Source: an uncultured Chloroflexia bacterium
GTDB lineage: Bacteria > Chloroflexota > Anaerolineae > Anaerolineales > UBA4823
DNA length: 64,000 nucleotides
Direction: 5' to 3'
Assembly (NCBI GenBank): GCA_963744375.1
Contig: CAVUTH010000004.1
Span: 483-64,482 of the forward strand
Below are positions 41,654 to 52,576 of the stretch, piece after piece. Position 1 is the first letter of the stretch. The number at the start of each line of letters is the position of its first letter. Made by a program: the position numbers and the translations under genes. The notes under the pieces are model-generated. The model was not told where the DNA came from. It did not search any database and saw only the letters and a program-made list of their open reading frames with translations.

Positions 41654-42447
41654 ATGGCCGCTCAAGACAACCTGGATGCCCAGTCACATTCTATCCATAA
41701 GCAGCGCAGCTACCGGGTGGAAGCGGTGGTGCTGCGCCACAGTGATTGGGGCGAAGCCGACCGCTTGCTGGTGCTGTATACTTTGGAATTGGGCAAAGTG
41801 CGCGCCCTGGCCAAAGGGGCGCGCCGGCCGCGTTCGCGCAAGGCCGGCCACCTGGAGCCTTTTACCCGCGTGACACTGCAGCTGGCCCGCGGCCGGGACC
41901 TGCCGATCGTCAGCCAGGCCGACACGCTGGAAGCCTACCTGCGGCTGCGCGAAGAGCTGCTGCTCAGTACATATGCTTCCTACGTCGTCGAGCTGCTGGA
42001 TCGTTTTACCTACGAAGAAGGCGAGAACCGCAGCCTGTACCGGCTGCTGGTGGATACGCTCGGTCGCCTGTCTTCTGGGGCTGCTCCGGAGCCGGCCGTG
42101 CGATATTATGAAATTCGCCTGCTGGATTTGCTCGGTTTCCGGCCGCAGCTTTTCCAGTGCGTCGGCTGCGGGGCGGAAATCGTGCAGCAGGATCAGTTTT
42201 TCTCAGCCGAGCTGGGCGGTGTGCTCTGCCCAAACTGCGGGGGACAGGATGCGCGCGCCTGGCCGGTGACGATGCGCGGCCTGAAGTACTTGCGCCACTT
42301 CCAGCGCAGCAGCTTCAACGAGGCGCGCGCGCCCCGCTAACAGCGGGACTGAACCGTGAGATAGAAGCCTTGATGCAGCACTACCTGACCTACCTGCTGG
42401 AGCGCGGCCTGAATACCCCGGACTTCCTGAGAAGGATCAAAGAATAG
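41654..42447 (+). CDS. recO: DNA repair protein RecO; one frame change near the 3' end as assembled
   Basis: YRVEAVVLRHSDWGEADRLLVLYTLELGKVRALAKGARRPRSRKAGHLEPF is the OB-fold N-terminus. The zinc motif is CVGCG...CPNCG. The C-terminal helix (LNREIEALMQHYLTYLLERGLNT) lies in ORF 42157..42447, with the switch at ~42335. Confidence 0.85.
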
Positions 42448-42452
42448 TTATT

Positions 42453-42488
42453 AGTCGAGGCAGGATCAAAGATTATCCTGCCTCGACT
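42453..42488. terminator. Strong hairpin between convergent recO and ABC genes (probable bidirectional terminator)
   Basis: A perfect 14-bp stem agtcgaggcaggat (42453-42466) / atcctgcctcgact (42475-42488) with an 8-nt loop. The flanking U-tracts are weak. Confidence 0.55.
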
Positions 42489-42513
42489 GAGTTTGTTACA
42501 AAAAGGGGGCTAA

Positions 42514-44587
42514 CTAAGTTGCCGGGGCCAGCTCGCCGCCACCCAAAGCGCGGGCGGGGCTTTGCTTGTCTTCGTGCAGGTCGCTGGCCGCTTCAACTGT
42601 GCCGCGCCAGAACTGGCTCATGTACAGGTTGTAGTAGAAGCCCTTTTTTGCCAGCAGCTCTTCGTGCCTGCCGCGCTCGACGATCTGGCCCTCGTCGATC
42701 ACCAGCAGCAGGTCGGCGTTGCGGATGGTGCTCAGGCGGTGGGCGATGACGAAGCTGGTGCGGCCCTTCGAGCAGCTTTTCCAGCGCTTGCTGGATCAGG
42801 CGCTCGGTGCGGGTATCCACGCTGGAGGTGGCCTCGTCCAGGATCAGGATGCGCGGGTCGGCCAGCGCGGCGCGGGCGATGGCGAGCAGCTGGCGCTGGC
42901 CCTGGCTCAAGCCGCTGCCGCGCTCGCCCAGCACGGTCTGGTAGCCGTCCGGCAGGCGCTCGATGAAGGTATCGGCGTGGGCCAGCTGGGCGGCGGCGAT
43001 CACTTCTTCGTCGGTGGCGTCCGGGCGGCCAAAGCGGATGTTCTCCATCACGGTGGTGCTGAACAGGAAGGTGTCCTGCAGCACGATGCCGATCTGCTTG
43101 CGCAGGCTTTCCAGCTGTCACGTCGCGCACATCCAGGCCGTCGATCAGCACCGCGCCGCCGTAGACATCGTAGAAGCGCGGGATCAGGTTGATGATGGTG
43201 GTCTTGCCGGCGCCGGTTGGGCCGACGATGGCGATCGTCTGGCCGGGCTCGGCGGTGAAGCTGACGTTCTCCAGCACCGGCTGTCCTGTCTTATAGGCGG
43301 CGCAGACGTTCTCGAAGTCCACCTCGCCCTGGATGGCGGGCATCTTGATGGCATCCGGCTTGTCCATGATCTCCGGCTCGACGTCCAGCAGGCCGAAGAT
43401 GCGCTCGCCGCCGGCGATGGCGTTCTGGATGTTGGTCCACAGGATGGCGATCTGCTGGATGGGCTGGTTGAAGCGCTGCACGTAGCCCAGGAAGGTGATC
43501 ACCAGGCCCAGCGAGATGGTGGTGCCGAACAAGGTTCCCGCCGCTGAGCAGCGACCAGGCCGCCCACCACGGTCACGATCGCCAGCGCCAGGTAGCCCAG
43601 CGCTTCCAGGGTGGGGGCCAGGGCGCTGGTGAAGGACACTGCCCGCACGTTGGCGTCGCGGTTGGCGGCGTTGGTCAGGCGGAAGTTTTCGATGTTTTCA
43701 TCCGCCCGGTTGAAGGCCTGCACCTCGCGCACCGCGGCGATGCTCTCCTGCAGCTCGGCGTTGACGTTGCCCATCTCCTTGCGGGTGCGGCGGAAGGCCT
43801 TGCGCGCCTGGGCCGAGAACCAGACCGTGGCCACGACCATCAGCGGCACGACCGCCAGGCTGAGCAGGGCAAACGGCACGCTGGCTTTGAGCATGTTGTA
43901 GCCGATCCAGACCAGCAGCAGCGCGCCGCTCAGCACGTTGACCAGGGCGAAGCTGAAGGCCTGCTGGATGGTTTCGGTATCGTTGGTGATGCGGCTCATC
44001 AGGTCGCCGGCTTCGTGCTCGGCATAATAGCCCAGCGACAGGCGGTGCAGGTGCTGGAAGACCTCCACGCGCATCTGGCGCAAGCACGTGCTGGCCGGCC
44101 CAGGTCATGCCAAAGAAGGTCAGGCCGGTCAGCACCGAAGTCAACACGAACAGGGCGACGATCAGCACGACCATCCGGCCCAGGCCGGCCAGCGCGTCTT
44201 GCGTGCTCATATTGACCGGGTTGGGAGCAGGGAAGCCTCCCAGGGTGATCAAGCTCATTGACCAGGTTTTGGGTAAAGCCCTGCCGTTCGGCGTCTGCCT
44301 CAAGCCAGCAGTTCGACTCGGCGCCGCTGTCGGGCGTGGTGCCTGGTAAGCTGCTCAACGTGCTGATTGCCCCGGGCGTCAGATAGCAGTCCACCGTCTG
44401 CCCCATCAGCTCGGGTACGGTGACCTGGGCCCAGGTCGAAAGACGACGACCAAAAGACACCAGGATCAGCATGAGCCAGTAAGGTTTGAAATAGTGACCA
44501 AAGCGGCGCCAGGGTTTCCCCTATATTCTTTGGCTTGATGATGTCTTGTTCAAAAGTACGGCGTAAGCCTTCAGTTCCACCGAACAT
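42514..44587 (-). pseudogene. ABC exporter, fused permease + ATPase (MdlB/ABCB-type half transporter); at least 6 frame changes as assembled
   Basis: The TMD pieces lie in 43499..44083 and 43999..44587. The NBD has Walker A IVGPTGAGKTTIINLI (42732..43532) and signature [14 protein letters not shown] plus Walker [10 protein letters not shown] (42593..43084). The C-terminus is [17 protein letters not shown] (42514..42702). Confidence 0.85.
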
Positions 44588-44653
44588 CTTTTGTCTCCTT
44601 CGAACGAGTAAATGGTTACTCGGGAACTTGCGTCTGTATGGTGTGGGCGCCTA

Positions 44654-46628
44654 TCAGGCGACCGGCTGCTCTGCCTGAGCGGTATCCGCCACCAGCTGCG
44701 AGCTGTAAATCTCGGCGTAGGCGGCGCTGTCTTCCAGCAGGTCGGCGTGCTTGCCGGCGGCAACGATCGCGCCCTTGTCCAGCACCAGGATCTGGTCGGC
44801 GTTGATCACCGTGCTGATGCGCTGGGCGATCACGAAGCTGGTGCGGCCCTTCATCAAGCTGTCCAGCGCGCGCTGGATCTCCGCTTCGGTGGCCAGGTCG
44901 ACGCTGCTGGTCGAGTTGTCCAGGATCAGGATGTGCGGGTTGAGCAGCAGGGCGCGGGCAATGGCGACGCGCTGTTTCTGCCCGCCGCTCAGCGTGGAGC
45001 CGCGCTCGCCCACCGGGGTGTCGTAGCCCTCGGGGAAGGAAGTGATGAAGTCGTGGGCCGCAGCCGCCCTGGCAGCCGCCTCGATGTCTTCCAGGGTCGC
45101 ATCCGGCTGGCCAAAGGCGATGTTATCGCGGATGGTGCCGGAAAACAGGGTGGTCTCTTGCAGCACGATGCCGATCTGCGAGCGCAGCGAGTCGAGGGTG
45201 ACGTCGCGCAGGTCATGCCCGTCGATGGTGATGCGGCCTTCGCTCGGGTCGTAGAAGCGCGGGATCAGGTTGATGATGGTGGTCTTGCCCGAGCCGGTAG
45301 CTCCCAGCAGGGCGACCGTCTGGCCGGGCTGGGCGTCAAAGAGACGTTCTTCAACACCGGCTCGCCGCTGCCGAAATAGCGGAAGGTGACATCCTCAAAG
45401 CTGACCTGGCCCTCGACCTCGGCAGCGTGATGGCATCCGGCTTGTCGGTGACATCGCTCTTGGCGTCCAGGATCTCGAAGATGCGCGCGGCCGAAGCGGA
45501 GGCCTGGCCGAGCTGGGTGATGATGATGCCGAACTGGGCGATCGGCAAGAACAGGTAGATCAGGTACAGGCTGAACTCCTGCCATTCGCCCAGCGATAGC
45601 GTGCCGAAGATGATCTGGCGGCCGCCGAAGTACAGCACGGCCGCCTGGCCCAGGTTGGCGATCAGGAAGACCAGCGGGAACAGGAAGGCAAAGATGCGCG
45701 AGAGCGTGATCTGCTGGTTCATCAAGTTGGTAGCGGCCTGGTCGAACTTGGCCTGCTCGTTTTTCTCGCGGGTGAAGGCCTTGATCAACTTGATGCCGGC
45801 CAGGTTTTCCTGCAGGATGGTGTTCAGGGCCGAAAGGCGTATCTGCAGTTTGGCAAACAACGGCTGGCTGATGGTGCCGAAGATCATGAACAGGATCAGC
45901 GCTGCCGGCAGGATCGGCAGGACTACCAGGGTCAGGCGGGCATTGGTGGTGAACAGGATGACCAGCGTGCCGGCGATCAGCAAGAAGGCGCCCACAAGCT
46001 GCAGCAGACCCTGGCCGATGAACAGGCGCACCTTCTCGACGTCATCGGTGGCCCGGATCATAAGCTGCCCGGTCTGGTTTTGATCGTGGTAGGAAAAGGA
46101 CAGGTTCTGGATTTTGGCATACAGGTCGTTGCGCAATTCGAAGGCGACGCCCTGCGAGTTGCGCTCGGCCCAGAACACCTGCAGGAAGGAAAACAGGCCG
46201 CGCACCAGGGCAAAGATCAGGATGGCGATGGCGGCTGTGACCAGGGCGCGCGGGGCGTCGTCGACAGTGGACTGCAGGCAGGCGGTGAGCTGCGCCGGCC
46301 CCAACCCGGTGGCCGGCTGGCCGTCGCAGGTCAGGGTCGAAGCCAGCGCCTGCTGGAGCTGCGGGATGGCCTGGGGCAAGACGGCGGCGGGGATTTTTTC
46401 GAGCGCATCCAGGATTTGCCCGTAGATCACGCCTTGCGTAATCGAGTCGATGAGGTTGCCGACCATGCGCGGCACAGCCAATTGGGCCAGGGTGCCGATG
46501 ACCAGGAACACATAGGGCAGGGCCGCATCGCGGCGGAATTTGCCCAGGTAGCGTATGGCGCGCCCCAGCGTGCCTTTCTGGCGGGGCTGCTTTGGATCGC
46601 GCCGGCGAGATCGAGTGTTGGGTTGCAA
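44654..46628 (-). CDS. ABC exporter, fused permease + ATPase (MdlA/ABCB-type half transporter); ~2 frame changes as assembled
   Basis: A TTG start is preceded by GAGGAGG. The TMD is ORF 45351..46628. My translation gives Walker A LLGATGSGKTTIINLI at ~45270-45320. The signature LSGGQKQRVAIARA and Walker B ILILDNSTS lie in 44654..45166. Frame switches are at ~45420 and ~45345. Confidence 0.85.
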
Positions 46629-46640
46629 GGGAAAACCTCC

Positions 46641-47168
46641 TCAGGGATAATATGTCTTGGAGCGGGATAATGGCTCGGGTGCCTGGTCGCGTTCCAGTTT
46701 CAGGGCGGCCTGGGTAAGCATCGTCAGAGCGGCAACGATGTGTTGCTCCTGGTCGGGCGCCAGGGCGGTGGTCAGATCCTCCATCCAGCGCCGCCGGGCT
46801 TCAATGCTGTCCAGCACCAGCGCTGTGCCTTTCGGGGCCAGCGCCAGGGTCTTGACTCGCCGGTCGACCGGATCTTCGGAGCGCTTCAGCAGGTCCATGC
46901 CTACCAGGCGATCCACCATCTGGCTGGCGGCAGCGTTGCTCACACCCAGGTGGTCGCCCAGGTCCGAGACGCCGCACGCACCGCCGTAATGCAGCCGGAA
47001 CAGGACGCTGATCTGGGTCATGGAGAGGCCGGATTGTCGCGAAAAGCGCATGAAATCGTGCATCGAGCGGCGCATAAACACTTCGGACCAGCTGCGGAGG
47101 ACGGATGTCAGGGTTGTCATAAGGGGTGGATTCCTGAAAGTTGTTTCACTGAATATATAATTAATCAA
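46641..47168 (-). CDS. MarR-family transcriptional regulator (first gene of marR-ABC-ABC operon)
   Basis: GLSMTQISVLFRLHYGGACGVSDLGDHLGVSNAAASQMVDRLVGMDLLKRSEDPVDRRV is a MarR winged HTH. The start may be the internal ATG at 47120. Confidence 0.8.
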   Translation of the reverse strand: MINYIFSETTFRNPPLMTTLTSVLRSWSEVFMRRSMHDFMRFSRQSGLSMTQISVLFRLHYGGACGVSDLGDHLGVSNAAASQMVDRLVGMDLLKRSEDPVDRRVKTLALAPKGTALVLDSIEARRRWMEDLTTALAPDQEQHIVAALTMLTQAALKLERDQAPEPLSRSKTYYP

Positions 47169-47270
47169 ACTTATTGATTAAGCGAGCTGAAATATATTAT
47201 GGGTGGTCAGGATTGTCAAGTTAATATCTGGTGAGAATGCTGGCGGCTGCAGGCGGTTTATAATAGGCAT

Positions 47271-47576
47271 ATGGACACTTTCTGTGTATATATCCTGCAC
47301 TGCGCCGACGACACCCTGTACACCGGCATGACCCGCGACCTGAAGCGCCGCGTACGCGATCACGTCAGTGGCAAGCACCACCGGGCCTACACCTACTCTC
47401 GCCGGCCGGTCAGGCTGGTGTGGCATGAAGAAGCAGAGAGCAAAGAGGCTGCCGAAGCACGTGAGAAGCAAGTGAAGGCCATGAGCCGCCCGCGCAAAGA
47501 AAAGCTGATCGCCACATACCTGGCTGAGTTGGGGGAACAACCCGTTTCAGAGCCAAACGAGCACCCAAGCGTTTGA
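47271..47576 (+). CDS. GIY-YIG nuclease-family small protein
   Basis: FCVYILHCADDTLYTGMTRDLKRRVRDH is a GIY-YIG motif. The protein is 101 aa. Confidence 0.8.
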   Translation: MDTFCVYILHCADDTLYTGMTRDLKRRVRDHVSGKHHRAYTYSRRPVRLVWHEEAESKEAAEAREKQVKAMSRPRKEKLIATYLAELGEQPVSEPNEHPSV

Positions 47577-47724
47577 CCATAGTTTCGAAAGCCTTTTTCA
47601 AGGCAGTCTTTCTCCCCGCCTGCCTGCCCAGGCAATGCTTGACCCGCTGATCGACTTGTTTGTGCGCGGCAGTCTGGCGTAAGGCATGTGAGGTACTGGC
47701 GCCAATCTTTATGGAGAGTATGGA

Positions 47725-48867
47725 ATGTTAAAAATATTGACAGTTATTCTGGTTATCGTCGCCGGCCTGCATGGCTTGATCCACCTGCTGGGCTTTGTGG
47801 CCTATTGGCCGCTGGCCAAAGTTACCCACCTGCCGTATAAAACTACCCTGCTGGGGGAGCACCTGGCAGTAGGCGAGATCGGGATGCGCATCTACAGCGT
47901 GATGTGGCTGCTGGCTGCACTGGGGTTTGTGGCTGCGGCTATCGCATTGGCGCTGGGAAAGCCTATCTGGGCGCCGCTGATGTTGGCAGCGGCCTTGCTC
48001 TCCCTGGTGATCTGCATCCTGGATTGGCGCGTCGCTTCCTGGGGGGCAGTGGTCGATATCGTCATCCTCCTTATCCTGGGGGTTGTCTTTGGCCTGCGTG
48101 TCCAGCCGGCTCCGTTTCCAGCTTACCCGGCGCCTGATGGGGCTGTCGAGATGGCTCCCATCCCCGCCGGGCTGCCGGCTCCCGTGGAGCGCTATTACCG
48201 CCAGGCTGGAGCGAAGTCCCATGCGCAGCACGGGGGCGAAGAGGTACCGGTCTATCACTCGGCGGTATTCACCGGCCGCGGCAGCATCCGATTTATGGGC
48301 ATCACCATGCCGGCGAGATTGCGCTTCACCCACATTGCCGGGCAGGGATACCGGCATTACATGGAAACCACTTTCTATGGGCGGCCGATCCTCAAAGTGA
48401 ATGAGCACTTCCTGGATGGGCATTCCCGCCTGGAGCTGCCTTTTGGCGTGGTGGAAAACGACCCCGGCGTGGATAGCGCCGCCAACCAGGGCCTGTGGGC
48501 AGAGATGTCGGCTTACCCGGCGGCATACCTCACAGATCCGCGCGCCCGCTGGGAGCCCATCGATGATACGACCGCCCGGCTCATCGTGCCCTTCGGCGAA
48601 ACCGAGCAGGAATTTACCGTCCGGTTTGACCCGCAGAGCGGAGAGTTGGTCCATATTGAGACCCTGCGCTACCGGGATGAAAAAGTTGGGGTGCTGCGCT
48701 GGTGGGGAGACTTAATTCATGGCGAAAGCCTCAACGGAGAGCCAGGGTCTTTGACCTTCAAAGTAACCTGGGAAGATGAAGGTACGCCCTGGTTGGTGTA
48801 CCAGGTTGAGGATGTGGTGTTCAATTCGGATGTGAGCGACTACATCCGCAGAAGGGACCCTGATTAA
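47725..48867 (+). CDS. Hypothetical membrane-anchored protein (4 N-terminal TM helices + ~250-aa soluble domain)
   Basis: A clean 380-aa ORF with hydrophobic N-terminal helices. I cannot name the C-terminal domain with confidence. Confidence 0.6.
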   Translation: MLKILTVILVIVAGLHGLIHLLGFVAYWPLAKVTHLPYKTTLLGEHLAVGEIGMRIYSVMWLLAALGFVAAAIALALGKPIWAPLMLAAALLSLVICILDWRVASWGAVVDIVILLILGVVFGLRVQPAPFPAYPAPDGAVEMAPIPAGLPAPVERYYRQAGAKSHAQHGGEEVPVYHSAVFTGRGSIRFMGITMPARLRFTHIAGQGYRHYMETTFYGRPILKVNEHFLDGHSRLELPFGVVENDPGVDSAANQGLWAEMSAYPAAYLTDPRARWEPIDDTTARLIVPFGETEQEFTVRFDPQSGELVHIETLRYRDEKVGVLRWWGDLIHGESLNGEPGSLTFKVTWEDEGTPWLVYQVEDVVFNSDVSDYIRRRDPD

Positions 48868-48909
48868 ACAAAAGCCGGCTGGATCATGATCCAACCGGCT
48901 TTGTAAAAT

Positions 48910-50277
48910 CTAGGGGATCGCCAGCGGGAGCAGCTCCACCGGCTGGGGTGAAACATGGCCGGGCAGGGTCGCCTGCATCGACCAGGGGCCGGTCCAGGTG
49001 ACGCGGACCTGCCGCAGCTGGCCGCGCAGGTCCTCGTTCGACTCGACAAAAACCAGCTTGTTGGTCGGGGTGCGGCCTCGCCAGCGGCCGCGCACCTGTT
49101 CTTCGAACAGCACCTCGACCATCTCGCCCAGGTAGCGGCGTTGATCTCGCCGGCGATGCGCTCCTGCAGCTCTTCCAGCAGGCGGAAGCGGCGCATTTTT
49201 TCTTCATCGGGCACGTCATCCGGCATGCGGCGCTCGGAGACGGTGCCCGGGCGGGGCGAGTAGCGCGCCAGGTGGGCCACATCCAGCTGCAGCTCTTCCA
49301 GCAGGTCGTAGGTGTGCATGAACTGTGCTTCCGTCTCGCCGGGAAAGCCGACGATGATATCGGTGGCAATCGAGACGCCCGGGATGCGCTCGCGGATGCG
49401 GCTCGACCAGGCGGCGGTAATCGTCGCTGGTGTAGCCGCGCTTCATGTCTTCCAGCACCTGGTCATCGCCGGCCTGGACCGGCACTTCGATGTGCGGCAT
49501 CACTTTGGGCAGCTCGGCAACGGCATCCAGCAGCTCGTCGGTCATCCAGTTGGGGTGCGAGGTCAGGAAGCGGATGCGCTCCAGGCCATCCACCTGGTGG
49601 ACGATGCGCAGCAGCGCCGCCAGGCTTGGGTCCGTCGGGGATATCCTTGCCGTAGCGGTCGACGATCTGCCCCAGCAGGGTGATCTCCTTGACGCCCTGC
49701 GCCACCAGCGAGCGCACCTCGGCCACGATCTCGCCCACCGGGCGGCTGCGCTCGATGCCGCGCCGGTAGGGGATGATGCAGAAGGTGCAGGCATGCGAGC
49801 AGCCCAGCACGACCGGCACATGGGCCGCGACCAGCTTGCCGCGCTCGTCCAGCGGCAGGAGCAGGTCGTCGTCCATCAAGGCAAAGCGCTGCTCGGTCTC
49901 GGCAATCTGCAGCGATTGCGGCTCTCGTCCTGGGTCAGGTAGGCCACCAGCGGGCCGGGGTCGGAGGGTGGAGAAAAGACATCCACAAAGGGAAAGCGCT
50001 TCTTCAGGTGCTCGTAGCCCTTGACGCCCACCAGGCAGCCCATCAGGTTGATCACCAGGTCGGGGCGCTGGTCTTTGAGCGGGCGCAGGGAATGCAGGCG
50101 CCCATAAGCCTTATCTTCGGCGCTCTGGCGCACCACGCAGGTGTTGAGCACGATCACGTCTGGCTTCTTCTGCCGAGCGTGTGCGGCTGGTAGCCCAGGT
50201 GCTCCAGGGCGGAGGCCACCCGCTGCGAATCGGCCACATTCATCTGACAGCCTTCAGTCCAGATGTGATATTTCATA
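48910..50277 (-). pseudogene. miaB: tRNA-i6A37 methylthiotransferase MiaB; at least 6 frame changes as assembled
   Basis: The pieces in order: MKYHIWTEGCQMNVADSQRVASALEHLGY (from ATG 50277), [16 protein letters not shown] (49876..50157), [18 protein letters not shown] (CX3CX2C, 49463..49879), [16 protein letters not shown]...[13 protein letters not shown] (49216..49821), YDLLEELQLDVAHLARYSPRPGT (48864..49319), and the TRAM end MVEVLFEEQVRGRWRGRT (48910..49122). Confidence 0.85.
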
Positions 50278-50351
50278 GTGGCGGGTATTATAATAGATTT
50301 TATCTTATAAGGCTTGAATGGCTAAAATTTCCTGTTGAGGAGCTCACCTGA

Positions 50352-51812
50352 ATGAATATTGCTTATCGTATCGAACGTGATTCTCTCGGCGAGATCGAGG
50401 TGCCTGCCGCGGCGCTGTATGGCGTGCAGACCCAGCGGGCAGTGCTCAATTTCCCCATCTCCGGGCTGCGACCCTGGCGGGCGTTTATCTGGTCGATGGC
50501 GACGATCAAGCGGGCCGCGGCCGAGGTCAACCGCGACCTGGGCCTGCTGGACCCGGAGCGGGCGCAGGCCATCGCTCCAGGCAGCCCAGGAAGTGATCGA
50601 AGGGCGCTGGGACGACCAGTTTGTGGTCGATCCATTCCAGGCCGGGGCGGGCACCAGCCACAACATGAACACCAACGAGGTCATCGCCAACCGGGCCACC
50701 CAGCTCCTGGGCGGGGAGCTGGGCGAGTACCTGGTCAACCCCAACGACCATGTCAACATGGCGCAGTCCACCAACGACACCATCCCCACCGCCATCCGCC
50801 TGGGGGCGCTGTGGCGGCTGGACGAGCTGCTGGCTGCCCTGGACGAGCTGGCTGAGGCGCTGCGCGCAGAAAGCAGTCGAGTTCGACGATATCGTCAAAT
50901 CGGGGCGCACCCACCTGCAGGATGCCGTGCCGGTGCGCCTGGGGCAGGAGTTCGGCGCCTATGCCAGGGCCGTGCGAGCGCGACGCCGAGCGCATCCGCC
51001 GCAGCCGCCGAAGGCCTGCGCCGCCTGGGCATCGGCGGCACGGCGACCGGCAGCGGGCTGAACGCCCACCCGGAATACCACGCCCGCATGGTGCAGCGCC
51101 TCTCCGAGCTGACCGGCCTGGCGCTGTACACCTCGGACAACCTGTTCGAGAGCATGCAGTCCATGGCAGATGCGGCCGATTTCTCGGCCTCCCTGCGCAC
51201 CCTGGCGATCACCCTGACCCGCATCGCCAACGATTTCCGCCTGCTGGCCTCCGGCCCGTCCACCGGCCTGGACGAGATCCGCCTGCCGGCCGGTGCAGCC
51301 CGGCTCCAGCATCATGCCCGGCAAGGTCAACCCGGTGCTGGCCGAGATGCTGAACATGGCCATGTTCCACGTGCAGGGCTGCGACCTGACCGTCGCGCTG
51401 GCGGCCCAGGCCGGGCAGCTGGAGCTGAACGTGATGATGCCGATCATCGCCCACAACCTGTTCGAGAGCATGCAGGTGATGATCGGCGCGGTGCAGCGCC
51501 TTTACCGAGAAATGCGTGCGCGGCCTGCAGGCCAACCGGGCCAAGGCCGAAGGCTGGCTGGAGAAGAACGCCATCGTGGTCACCGCGCTCAACCCGCTGA
51601 TCGGCTATGCCGCCGGGGCCAAGCTGGTCAAAGAGGCGCTGGCCGCCGACCTGACGGTGCGCCAGGTGGCGATAGAAAAGGCTGCTGCCGGGGAGCTGCG
51701 CCACCGGGATGAAGACCGCCCGGTGACCCAGGAAGAAGTGGCGGCTGCTTTGAGCGATATGCGCCGCCTGACCGAGGGCGGCATCTTTGGCGCTGGCGGC
51801 GCCGGAGGCTAA
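50352..51812 (+). pseudogene. Class II fumarate hydratase / aspartate ammonia-lyase superfamily paralog; ~6 frame changes as assembled
   Basis: Pieces in three frames: [102 protein letters not shown] (signature), and the C-terminus in 51516..51812. Switches are at ~50575, ~50868, ~50975, ~51000, ~51290 and ~51505. Confidence 0.8.
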
Positions 51813-51975
51813 GAACACCGAAGCTCCTCAGTCGGTGGCTGCTGCATCAGAGCCACCGACTTTTTTTATTCCTGCCACCTTTTGGAGGTTCGCGCGTCTA
51901 ATCATACAGGCTGTTTGATTACTGTTGAATCCGGCGACCCCGGAAAGACGGCCAATCCTGAAAAGGCAGGTAGCG

Positions 51976-52512
51976 ATGAGCGAGCAAGAGTTTTTCGAGA
52001 AACTGAGCCAGCACCCCAGGCCGGTGGTGGTGGATTTTTGGGCGCCGTGGTGCGGGCCGTGCAGGATGATCGAGCCGGTGCTGAAAAACCTGGGCAAGGA
52101 GTATGACGGCCGGGTAGATGTTTGGAAAGTCAACGCCGACGAACAGCCGGAAATCCTGCGTGCATTGCGCATCTACGGCATCCCAACCCTGATCGCCTTT
52201 CGGGACGGCCAGGCGGTGGGGCGACGCACCGGCGCAGCCGGCCAGCAGGAGCTCGCCGGGCTGTTCGAGGCGGCAATAAGCGGCGAGGCGCCGGCCAGTG
52301 CACCCCTTGGGCTGCAGAATCGCGTGCTGCGCCTGGGTACGGGCATGGCTCTGCTGGCCCTGGCCTACAGCGGGAGCTTTGAGGGTTGGTATTTAGCCGC
52401 AGCCTTCGCAGGAGGTGTAATCGCATTTTCCGGGGTGTACGATCGCTGCCCGGTATGGCGGGCAATAACCACCCGCTTCAAAACCCTTTCAGCGGGCAAA
52501 TCCCAGGAGTAA
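51976..52512 (+). CDS. Thioredoxin fused to a C-terminal DUF2892/YgaP-like two-TM domain
   Basis: VVVDFWAPWCGPCRMIEP carries the WCGPC active site. The C-terminus has hydrophobic segments and the ending SGVYDRCPVWRAIT typical of DUF2892, as I recall it. ATG 51976 lies inside track ORF 51925..52512. Confidence 0.75.
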   Translation: MSEQEFFEKLSQHPRPVVVDFWAPWCGPCRMIEPVLKNLGKEYDGRVDVWKVNADEQPEILRALRIYGIPTLIAFRDGQAVGRRTGAAGQQELAGLFEAAISGEAPASAPLGLQNRVLRLGTGMALLALAYSGSFEGWYLAAAFAGGVIAFSGVYDRCPVWRAITTRFKTLSAGKSQE

Positions 52513-52515
52513 ATC

Positions 52516-52550
52516 AAAAAACCGGGCAGTGCATCTGCCCGGTTTTATTT
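52516..52550. terminator. Bidirectional rho-independent terminator between convergent trx-fusion and ParB-like genes
   Basis: A 10-bp stem aaccgggcag (52520-52529) / ctgcccggtt (52535-52544) is flanked by an A-run upstream and ttatttaa downstream. Confidence 0.75.
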
Positions 52551-52576
52551 AACCTGCTGTTACGTCATTCTGCTCG

